From the NCBI GenBank assembly GCA_022340345.1, contig JAJDOE010000103.1:1-53489 (forward strand): a stretch of DNA of 53,489 bases, written 5' to 3'. The stretch is from Gammaproteobacteria bacterium. GTDB lineage: Bacteria; Pseudomonadota; Gammaproteobacteria; HyVt-429. Below the pieces are notes generated by a model that saw only the letters and a program-made list of their open reading frames with translations, was not told the origin of the DNA and ran no database searches. Below, piece by piece: positions 1 through 9,148 of the stretch; the first letter of the stretch is position 1; each line of letters opens with the position of its first letter. The translations under genes and the position numbers were made by a program.

Positions 1-548
1 AGCAGCTTCAGGGCATTGGTGCGTACCAGGTCGTAGCGCAGCGTACCGGCCAGGGCGGCGATCAGCACGAAACCCACACCTGCCTGCACGAAGCCTCCGT
101 AGAAACCGGCCAGCAGCAATCCGGCCCAGCTGTTCGGGGTATCCGCGACCCGTTTGACCGGCGTTCCCGGTGCGGGAATCACGGTCCCGGGGCGCACCAG
201 GATCAGCAGCGTCATGCCCAGGATGGTCGCCAGCATTACCGGCTTGAGGTACAGGTTGGGTGTATACGAGGCGACCAGGGCGCCGGCCAGCCCGCCGACC
301 ACCATCAGGGCCAGGATTCGCAGCGCATCACTGACCTCGAGCATTTTCTCGCGGTGAAAGCCGTGGGTGCCGACGATGCACTGCAGCACGATGGCGACCC
401 GGTTGGTGCCGTTCGCCAGGTCCGCGGGCATACCCAGGACCATCAGCGCGGGAATCGTCAGGTTGCTGCCACCACCGGCCAGGGTGTTGATGATGCCGGC
501 GGCAATGCCGGTGACCACCAGCAACGGCCAGTAAAGGAAATTTTCCAT
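1..548 (-). CDS. Sulfite exporter TauE/SafE (TSUP) family membrane protein, truncated by the window edge
   Basis: Manual translation from the ATG at 548 gives MENFLYWPLLVVTGIAAGIINTLAGGGSNLTIPALMVLGMPADLANGTNRVAIVLQ, with the typical TSUP N-terminal GGG and ANGTN motifs. It is absent from the ORF track because it runs off the window. Confidence 0.85.
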   Translation of the reverse strand, partial: MENFLYWPLLVVTGIAAGIINTLAGGGSNLTIPALMVLGMPADLANGTNRVAIVLQCIVGTHGFHREKMLEVSDALRILALMVVGGLAGALVASYTPNLYLKPVMLATILGMTLLILVRPGTVIPAPGTPVKRVADTPNSWAGLLLAGFYGGFVQAGVGFVLIAALAGTLRYDLVRTNALKL

Positions 549-580
549 TTCGGGTTACCGGGGCGCGGGCGAGGTGACGA

Positions 581-3500
581 TTATGCCGGACCTCCGCGGT
601 CCGATGCCTGCATTTCCGCTTCCAGCCGGCGCGGCACGTCCCCCGGTGATCCGGTGTTGCGGGCCAGCAGGTTGTAGGCCACGGGTACCACGAACAGGGT
701 GAAGAAAGTGGCGGCGAGCACGCCGGCGAAGACCACGGTGCCGATGACGACACGGGTTTCGGTTCCCGGCCCGGCGGACAGCAACAGGGGCAGCGCGCCG
801 GCAACCGTGGTGATGCCGGTCATCATGATCGGCCGCAGGCGCACGCCGGAGGCTTCCAGCAGTGCTTCGCGAAATGCCATCCCGCCGTCGCGCAACTGGT
901 TCGCGAACTCCACGATCAGGATCCCGTTTTTGGCGGCAAGCCCGACCAGCATGATCAGGCCGATCTGGCTGTAGATGTTGAGTGTCTGCCCGGACAGGTA
1001 CAGGCCGAACAGGCCGCCAGCGATGGCCAGGGGCACGGTCAGCATTATCACCAACGGATGAATCCAGCTCTCGAACTGGGCCGCCAGCACCAGGAATACC
1101 ACGACCAGGCCCAGCAGGAACACGAATGTCACGGAACCACCGCTTTCGCGATAGTCCCGGGACTGGCCCTTGTAGTCGATTATCGCGGTTCCGGGCAGGT
1201 AATCGCGCACCAGCCCCTCAAGGTGCTCGAGGGCGTCACCCAGCGCCAGCCCGTCGGCCAGGTTCGCTTCCAGGGTAATGGAACGCACCCGGTTGTAGCG
1301 GTTCAGCCGGATGGAGTCGGCGAACTCCTCGAGCCGCACCAGGTTGGACAGGGGAATCAGTTTGTCGCTGCGGGTGGATCGGATATACAGGTTTTCCAGG
1401 TTGGTGGGTGTCCGCTGTACATCGCGCTCGCCCTCCACGATCACGTCATATTCCTCGCCGGCATCAATATAAGTGGTGACCCGCCGCGATCCGAGCATGG
1501 TCTCCAGCGTACGTCCGATACTTTCCACCGTGACGCCGAGCTCGGCGGCGCGGTCGTAGTCGATGTTCACCTGCAGCTGGGGCTTGGTTTCCTTGTAGTC
1601 CCAATCCAGTCCCACCAGGCCCGGATTGTTCTGCTGGATCTTATCCACCAGGATGTCCCGCCACTGCGCGAGTTCCGCATAGGTGCCGCCGCCGATCACG
1701 AACTGGACCGGTTTCTGGATGCGCGCGCCAAAGCCCTGGCGCATCACCGGGAACGCGCGGACTCCCGGCAGGCTGCTGAGGCGGCTGCGTACCTCGTCCA
1801 TAATCGCCCAGGCGGAGCGACGTTTCCCCCATTGCTCCAGTACCACGATGGCGATGCCGGTGTTGAAAATGTCGTAGTTGCCGAAGGCCCGTGGTGCCCG
1901 TACCAGCAGGCGGGTGAATTCACCGCTCTCCACCATGGGCATCAGGCGGCGTTCCACCTCGGTCATGTAGGTGGAGATATACGGGTAGGAGGAGCCCTCC
2001 GGTGCGTTGACCAGAATAAAAAAGGCGCCGCGGTCTTCCTTGGGGGTGTACTCGTCCGGGATGGTCTCCAGCAGGGCCACGGAACCGCCCAGGATGAGCA
2101 GGAACACTACCCCCATGGCCGCCACGTGGCCCAGGGCCCGCTCCAGTATGCGCAGGTAGGTCCGGCGCACCCGGCCGAAGGCCGCGTCCACCAGGTGCAC
2201 AATACGGCCTTCGCGGTTGATCGGCGGCAGAATTTTGGAGGCCAGCATCGGCGACAGGGACAGGGCGACGAAGCTGGAGAAGGCCACCGCCGCCGCCATG
2301 GTCAGGGAAAACTCCGTGAACAGGCGACCCACGTCGCCTTCCAGGAAGGCGATCGGTACAAATACGGATACCAGCACCACGGTGGTGGCGACCACCGCGA
2401 AGCCCACCTGGCGCGCCCCCCGGAAGGCAGCCACCAGGCGAGTCTCGCCGTACTCCTCCATGCGCCGGTGGACGTTTTCGAGGACCACGATGGCGTCGTC
2501 CACCACCAGGCCAATCGCCAGCACCAGGGCAAGGAGAGTAAGGATGTTGATGGAGAAGCCGAGAAGCAGAAGCACCATGGAGGTTGCGATCAGCGAAACC
2601 GGCACGGTGACCGCGGGCACCAGCGTGGCCCGGACGCTGCCCAGGAACAGGTAAATCACGCCGATCACCAGCACGATGGCCATGAACAGGGTCTTGTAGA
2701 CCTCGGTTATGGCGCCCTGCACGAATACCGAAGTGTCATAACTCTGCCGGATTGCCATCCCTTCCGGCAGGGACGGGTTGACGCGTTCCATCTCGGCCTT
2801 GGCCGCCTTGGCTACGGCGATGGTATTGGCGGTGGACTGCTTGATGATGCCGATTCCCACCATGGGCACGCCATTACCGCGGAAAAACAGGCGGTCTTCC
2901 GCGGCGCCTCGTTCCACCCGTGCCACGTCGCCGAGACGTACCAGGTAGCCGTCTGAACCGCGTGCCAGTACCAGCCGGGCGAAGTCGTCGGCGGTGCGAA
3001 AGGTGCGCTTGACGCGGACCGTGAACTGGCGCTCTGCGGAGTCCAGGCTGCCCGCCGGCAGTTCCACATTCTCGTTGCGCAGGGCACGCTCCACATCCGC
3101 AACGGTCAGCGAGCGTGCTGCCAGTTCGCGGCGATCCAGCCACACCCGCATGGCATAGGCCTGCCCGCCGCCAACCCGTACCCGGGCGACGCCGTCGAGC
3201 ACGGAAAAGCGATCCACCAGGTACCGCTGAGCGTAGTCGGTCAGTTCCGGGACACTCATGCGGTCGCTCGCCAGGTTGAGCCACATGATCACGTCTTCGT
3301 TGCTGTCGACTTTCTGGATTTCCGGGGGATCCGCTTCCTCCGGCAGATCGTCCATCACGCCGGCGACACGATCGCGAATGTCGTTGGCGGCCGCATCCAC
3401 GTCCCGGCCGACGTCGAACTCGATGCTGATGGTCGAGCGTCCGTCTTCGCTGGTGGAACTGATGAACTTGATGCCCTCGATGCCCGAGATGCGGTCCTCA

Positions 3501-3700
3501 ATGACCTGCGTGATGCGGGTTTCCACCACGTTCGCGGAGGCACCGGGATAAACCGTATCCACCGACACCACCGGCGGATCGATATTGGGGTATTCCCGAA
3601 GGGACAGGCGGTCGAAAGCCACCAGCCCGAAAGCGATCAGCAACAGGGACATGACCGCGGCCAGCACCGGCCGCTGGACCGAGATATCCGAGAGGATCAT
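581..3700 (-). CDS. RND efflux permease subunit (AcrB/AcrD/AcrF family)
   Basis: 1039 aa. Contains GLVVDDAIVVLEN, GLAAKNGILIVEFA and RLRPIMMT proton-relay motifs. Confidence 0.97.
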   Translation of the reverse strand: MILSDISVQRPVLAAVMSLLLIAFGLVAFDRLSLREYPNIDPPVVSVDTVYPGASANVVETRITQVIEDRISGIEGIKFISSTSEDGRSTISIEFDVGRDVDAAANDIRDRVAGVMDDLPEEADPPEIQKVDSNEDVIMWLNLASDRMSVPELTDYAQRYLVDRFSVLDGVARVRVGGGQAYAMRVWLDRRELAARSLTVADVERALRNENVELPAGSLDSAERQFTVRVKRTFRTADDFARLVLARGSDGYLVRLGDVARVERGAAEDRLFFRGNGVPMVGIGIIKQSTANTIAVAKAAKAEMERVNPSLPEGMAIRQSYDTSVFVQGAITEVYKTLFMAIVLVIGVIYLFLGSVRATLVPAVTVPVSLIATSMVLLLLGFSINILTLLALVLAIGLVVDDAIVVLENVHRRMEEYGETRLVAAFRGARQVGFAVVATTVVLVSVFVPIAFLEGDVGRLFTEFSLTMAAAVAFSSFVALSLSPMLASKILPPINREGRIVHLVDAAFGRVRRTYLRILERALGHVAAMGVVFLLILGGSVALLETIPDEYTPKEDRGAFFILVNAPEGSSYPYISTYMTEVERRLMPMVESGEFTRLLVRAPRAFGNYDIFNTGIAIVVLEQWGKRRSAWAIMDEVRSRLSSLPGVRAFPVMRQGFGARIQKPVQFVIGGGTYAELAQWRDILVDKIQQNNPGLVGLDWDYKETKPQLQVNIDYDRAAELGVTVESIGRTLETMLGSRRVTTYIDAGEEYDVIVEGERDVQRTPTNLENLYIRSTRSDKLIPLSNLVRLEEFADSIRLNRYNRVRSITLEANLADGLALGDALEHLEGLVRDYLPGTAIIDYKGQSRDYRESGGSVTFVFLLGLVVVFLVLAAQFESWIHPLVIMLTVPLAIAGGLFGLYLSGQTLNIYSQIGLIMLVGLAAKNGILIVEFANQLRDGGMAFREALLEASGVRLRPIMMTGITTVAGALPLLLSAGPGTETRVVIGTVVFAGVLAATFFTLFVVPVAYNLLARNTGSPGDVPRRLEAEMQASDRGGPA

Positions 3701-4779
3701 TTCTTGGGGTCGCCCGCGTCCAGACTCTTGAGTATCTCGGCCAGGGGGCGGGTACCGTCATCCACGGCGGCGATGCGAACCTCCTGACCCGGGCGCACCT
3801 TGAGCGTTCCGTGGGTGATGATCTTCTCGCCCGCGACGAGACCGGAGAGGATCTCCACCTTGCCGGGGACGCGAGTGCCGATGCGCACCTCGCGCTCCGC
3901 CACTTTGCTGCCAGCCGCCTCGTCCACCACCAGCACAAACTGTTGCTCACCCCGCGGCACCAGGGCCTCTTCCGGAATCAGGATTGCGCGGCGGGGGTTG
4001 CGCAGGATCTCCACCCGCATGAGCATCCCCGGCCGCAGGCTGCGGTCCGGATTTGGCAGCAGCGCGCGCACGGTTACCGAGCGGGTGACGGGGTCCACCC
4101 GACTGGCGATGGCTTCGATCTTTCCTTCAAATTCCCGTGCGCCGTAGGCGCGCGCGGTGGCGAGTACCCGGAGACCGGGACGCAGAACGTCCAGAAACGT
4201 GCTGGGCACCGTGAAGTCGAGCTTCATGACGCTGTCGTCGTCGAGGGTGGTGACCAGGTCACCGGGGCTGACCAGGGCTCCGATGCTGAGATTGCGCAAT
4301 CCCACTACCCCGGCGAATGGCGCACGCACCAGGCGGTCGGCGAGACGCGACTCGATCCCGGCCAGGCGCGCCCGGGCGGTTTCCCACTCGCGACGGCGCT
4401 GGTCCAGGTTCGAGACGGTGGCATTGCCGTCCGCGACCAGCGCCTTGAGACGCTGGTACTGGCGCCGTGCCTCCTGTTCGGTCGAGCGCGCCTCCTCCAG
4501 CAGGGCGTGCTCCTCGGCGCTGGTCATTTCCGCGAGCACCTGGTTCTCGGGCACCCGGTCGCCGTCGTTGAAGTGAATGGCGGTGATGGTCTCTGTGACG
4601 GACGCCGTCACGTCGACGGACTCGTTGGCGCGCAGGGTGCCCAGGGCCTCTACGCGATCGTCCAGCTCGGCAAGCCCGGCCACGGCCACGATCACGCCCG
4701 GCGGGGGTGGGGCGGCAATCGCGGGGGCGCTGGCGGCAAGCGCGAGCACAAAAGGCAGGGTTCTTGAAAGCAGGTTCAT
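3697..4779 (-). CDS. RND periplasmic adaptor (membrane fusion protein)
   Basis: 360 aa with an N-terminal signal peptide and RAPFAGVVG, VDPVTRSV, LRPGM motifs. Overlaps the permease gene by 4 nt. Confidence 0.95.
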   Translation of the reverse strand: MNLLSRTLPFVLALAASAPAIAAPPPPGVIVAVAGLAELDDRVEALGTLRANESVDVTASVTETITAIHFNDGDRVPENQVLAEMTSAEEHALLEEARSTEQEARRQYQRLKALVADGNATVSNLDQRRREWETARARLAGIESRLADRLVRAPFAGVVGLRNLSIGALVSPGDLVTTLDDDSVMKLDFTVPSTFLDVLRPGLRVLATARAYGAREFEGKIEAIASRVDPVTRSVTVRALLPNPDRSLRPGMLMRVEILRNPRRAILIPEEALVPRGEQQFVLVVDEAAGSKVAEREVRIGTRVPGKVEILSGLVAGEKIITHGTLKVRPGQEVRIAAVDDGTRPLAEILKSLDAGDPKK

Positions 4780-4917
4780 GGTGGAAATTCCTGTGCCCGG
4801 ACGGTGCCGCCGAAAATGCGCGTAAGTATGTCCGAAAGCCGGGGCGGGGGTTAGTTCCGCGGCGCCCCGGCCGGGCGGGTGGAGGTTCCGCTCCGGGCGG
4901 ACGAGCGCGGGAAGACG

Positions 4918-4994
4918 TGGTGGGCCCGCCAGGACTCGAACCTGGGACCAAGGGATTATGAGTCCCCTGCTCTGACCAACTGAGCTACAGGCCC
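4918..4994 (-). tRNA. tRNA-Ile2 (CAU anticodon, lysidine type), CCA encoded
   Basis: Reverse complement is GGGCCTGTAGCTCAGTTGGTCAGAGCAGGGGACTCATAATCCCTTGGTCCCAGGTTCGAGTCCTGGCGGGCCCACCA (77 nt). The GACTCATAATC arm and the position downstream of rpoD match ileX-type tRNAs rather than fMet or elongator Met. Confidence 0.93.
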
Positions 4995-5013
4995 GCGCGG
5001 CCGCATCTTAGCA
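4995..5013 (-). promoter_or_regulatory. Putative tRNA promoter: extended -10 (TGcTAAGAT) with GC-rich discriminator
   Basis: The minus strand reads TGC-TAAGAT-GCGGCCGCGC immediately before the tRNA 5' end. Confidence 0.55.
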
Positions 5014-5116
5014 GTTCACCCTGCTGCCGGCGGAACCGCCATGCACCTCGCCGGCCCTCCATCCCGACCCGCGGGGTTCCGCTCGGCCGGGGGCCGAAAA
5101 AACTTCCCCCAAGGAC

Positions 5117-5145
5117 TAGACAGACCAGTCTGTTCGCACTATAGT
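5117..5145 (+). promoter_or_regulatory. Sigma70 promoter of the tetR gene overlapped by the palindromic operator ACAGAC-CA-GTCTGT (5120-5133)
   Basis: TAGACA (5117-5122), 17-nt spacer, TATAGT (5140-5145). The ATG follows 7 nt later. Confidence 0.75.
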
Positions 5146-5152
5146 CCGTACC

Positions 5153-5752
5153 ATGACCAAGCCAGCAGCAACCCGGCCCGCCGGCTCCCCGGAAGAGCGC
5201 ATCCTGACCGTGGCCTCCGAACTCTTCTATCAGCAGGGCTACCGGGCCACCGGCATCAACGAGGTGATCGCCCGCTCCGGGGTGGCCAAGGCTACCTTTT
5301 ATAGCCACTACCGGAGCAAGGAGGAGCTGTGCCTGGCCTACCTGCAGCGCACCGCCGCCGGGGAACTGGCGCAGCTGGACCGGGTGATCGCCGACGCCGG
5401 CGAAAAACCGCTGGAGCGATTGCTGGCGCCGGTGCAATGGCTGCACGGCTGGTCCCGGGCCACCGACTACCGTGGCTGCGCCTTTTTGCACATGGTGGCG
5501 GAAATACCGGATTACCAAAGCCCGTTGCGGCGGGAAGGACGCGAGCTGTACAACGGGATTCGCGAGCGGATCCGGCTCCTGGCGGCTGCCCTGGTGGCCT
5601 CGGACCGCCGCTACGCGCGGCTCGACCCGGAGGCCCTGGCAGCGGATTACATGATCGCGTTCGCCGGCGCCATCGCCTTCGCCGAGCTGTATCACGAGGA
5701 TTGGCCGATCGAGCACGCAACCGCCTTGGTGCGGCGTCTGATCGGCGAATAG
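5153..5752 (+). CDS. TetR/AcrR family transcriptional regulator (NemR-like subgroup)
   Basis: HTH region LFYQQGYRATGINEVIARSGVAKATFYSHYRSKEEL and a GC motif (YRGCAF) in the ligand domain. Confidence 0.93.
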   Translation: MTKPAATRPAGSPEERILTVASELFYQQGYRATGINEVIARSGVAKATFYSHYRSKEELCLAYLQRTAAGELAQLDRVIADAGEKPLERLLAPVQWLHGWSRATDYRGCAFLHMVAEIPDYQSPLRREGRELYNGIRERIRLLAAALVASDRRYARLDPEALAADYMIAFAGAIAFAELYHEDWPIEHATALVRRLIGE

Positions 5753-5778
5753 GCGGGCATTTTTTTGCCCTGAATCGG

Positions 5779-5794
5779 GACAGACTGGTCTGTC
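5779..5794. promoter_or_regulatory. Second palindromic operator GACAGAC-TG-GTCTGTC upstream of the diiron-protein gene
   Basis: The 14-bp core is the exact reverse complement of the operator at 5120-5133. An AGGAGA RBS follows. Confidence 0.75.
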
Positions 5795-5818
5795 TTTTCC
5801 ATTTTAGCAGGAGAATGA

Positions 5819-6757
5819 GTGATGACAGTGTTAGCAAAATTAAACCTGGATACCGACCGGTTCGCCCGCACCATCGCGGCGTCCCGGCGAATCCGCTGGG
5901 AAATCGACCAGGACGTGATCCGTGGCCGGGACTTCGACTACAACCGCAAGTTTCTGCCCGACGGCTTGTCCCGGGTCGATGAAATCCCGTTTCTCAGCAC
6001 CGGGGAAAAGCGTTTCCTGAGCCAGGTGCAGGGGCGTACCTACGCCAACCTCTTCGGTCTGGTGGAGCGTTTCATCTGCGCCAAGATCATCGAGCTCAGC
6101 CAGCAGCACCTGCTGGGTGATCAAATCGCTCTCGAGGCCCTGGTGCGATTCAGCGACGAGGAGCTCAAGCACCAGGAGCTGTTTCGCCGACTGGACGAGA
6201 TGGCGGCTGCCGGCATGCCCGCTGGCTACCGTTTCGTTCCGGATCCGAACGAGGTGGCGCGGGCGGTGCTGGGCAAATCCACCTGGGCAGTGCTGGCGCT
6301 GACCCTGCACATCGAGTTGTTCACCCAGGCCCACTACCGGGAAAGCATTGAGCCCGATGACAACCTGTCGGAACTGTGGAAGGACGTGTTCCTGTTCCAT
6401 TGGAAGGAAGAATCCCAGCACGCAATCATGGACGAGATCGAGTGGGTCAACGAAGACGCGAAGCTCGGCGACGCCGAACGGGAGCAGGCGGTCAGCGACC
6501 TGATCGAACTGGTGGCGGCGGTGGACGGCATCCTGCAGGCCCAGAGCGGCGAGGACGCGCGCTATTTCCTGGAGAACTGCGAGCAATCTTTCAGCGCCGA
6601 AAAGGCCCGGCGTATCGAGCGCGAGATCCTCAAGGCCTATCGCTGGCAGTACATCTTTTCCGGCGTGCAGTTGCCGCGTTTCCAGCAGGTCCTGGCCCGC
6701 GTTACCACCGACGGTCAGCGGGAGCGCATCGGCGCCGCGCTGGCCACCCTCAACTGA
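5819..6757 (+). CDS. Ferritin-like diiron protein, AurF/N-oxygenase-like
   Basis: Ligand pattern E(VER)...DEELKH...E(HIE)...HWKEESQH. The start is GTG 5819 or ATG 5822, after AGGAGA. Confidence 0.75.
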   Translation: MMTVLAKLNLDTDRFARTIAASRRIRWEIDQDVIRGRDFDYNRKFLPDGLSRVDEIPFLSTGEKRFLSQVQGRTYANLFGLVERFICAKIIELSQQHLLGDQIALEALVRFSDEELKHQELFRRLDEMAAAGMPAGYRFVPDPNEVARAVLGKSTWAVLALTLHIELFTQAHYRESIEPDDNLSELWKDVFLFHWKEESQHAIMDEIEWVNEDAKLGDAEREQAVSDLIELVAAVDGILQAQSGEDARYFLENCEQSFSAEKARRIEREILKAYRWQYIFSGVQLPRFQQVLARVTTDGQRERIGAALATLN

Positions 6758-6782
6758 AATCGATCAACTACGGAGAGAAACG

Positions 6783-7019
6783 ATGAAGGAGAAAACCACC
6801 ACGAATATCTTTGTTCACCTGCCGGACGCCAAGCCGGCGGATATGGCCTACCTGGTAGCGGACAGGATCGCCGGTCTGGCTGGCGTGGTCGGCGCTGCCG
6901 TCAACCGCAAGTTGCGACGGCTGATTTCGGTACAGTACGACCCGCGGGAGACCTCGGGAACCGAGATCATCAGCGCGGTTCGCCGCGTCGGGTTCAACGG
7001 TTCCATCGTGGGGCTGTAA
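6783..7019 (+). CDS. Small HMA-fold-like protein lacking the CxxC motif
   Basis: 78 aa with a GGAGAG RBS. The pattern IAGLAGVVGAAVN...ISVQYDP...EIISAVRRVGF resembles CopZ/HMA domains. It contains no cysteine. Confidence 0.65.
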   Translation: MKEKTTTNIFVHLPDAKPADMAYLVADRIAGLAGVVGAAVNRKLRRLISVQYDPRETSGTEIISAVRRVGFNGSIVGL

Positions 7020-7099
7020 GGAATGCCGGCACACCCGGCACCGCGGGCACGGAGGCCCGCAGTGCCGCCCGGCCTCTGGCCCGGCAATCGCAAGCAAGG

Positions 7100-7133
7100 A
7101 AAAAGCCGCTGGCAGTTACCAGCGGCTTTTTTT
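7100..7133. terminator. Bidirectional rho-independent terminator
   Basis: AAAAAGCCGCTGG-cagtta-CCAGCGGCTTTTTTT, between the convergent HMA-like gene and rpoD. Confidence 0.88.
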
Positions 7134-7227
7134 GCCCGGTTAATTCGGAAATCTCTTCGCCTGAATTTGAAATTATCTGCACAGGTATGCGCAGATAATT
7201 GCGGTGAGAAAGCCTCTTTCTCTCTGT

Positions 7228-9012
<1,785 letters not shown>

Positions 9013-9081
9013 AGGTAGCGGCTGCTCAGTGCGAAGTGGGGGCGAGAATGCTCAAACAATCCATTTTAGCACGTTTGATAA

Positions 9082-9120
9082 CCATATAGACTATATGGAG
9101 ACTAAGGTCGTGCGCGTCAA
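9082..9120 (-). promoter_or_regulatory. Putative rpoD promoter with overlapping palindrome CCATATAG-A-CTATATGG
   Basis: The minus strand reads TTGACG-N14-CTCCATAT, a sigma32-like spacing. The perfect 8-bp inverted repeat lies at 9082-9098. Confidence 0.45.
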
Positions 9121-9148
9121 CCGCAGATGCTGGCGGCGGTTGGCATTT

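Noticed and set aside
1058-2956. 632-aa plus-strand ORF
   Set aside because: Antisense shadow of the RND permease, expected in high-GC DNA. It has no recognisable motifs.
4918-4994. tRNA as a genomic-island integration site, or as tRNA-Met
   Set aside because: No integrase or duplicated tRNA 3' end is present in the window. Sequence features fit Ile2 rather than Met.
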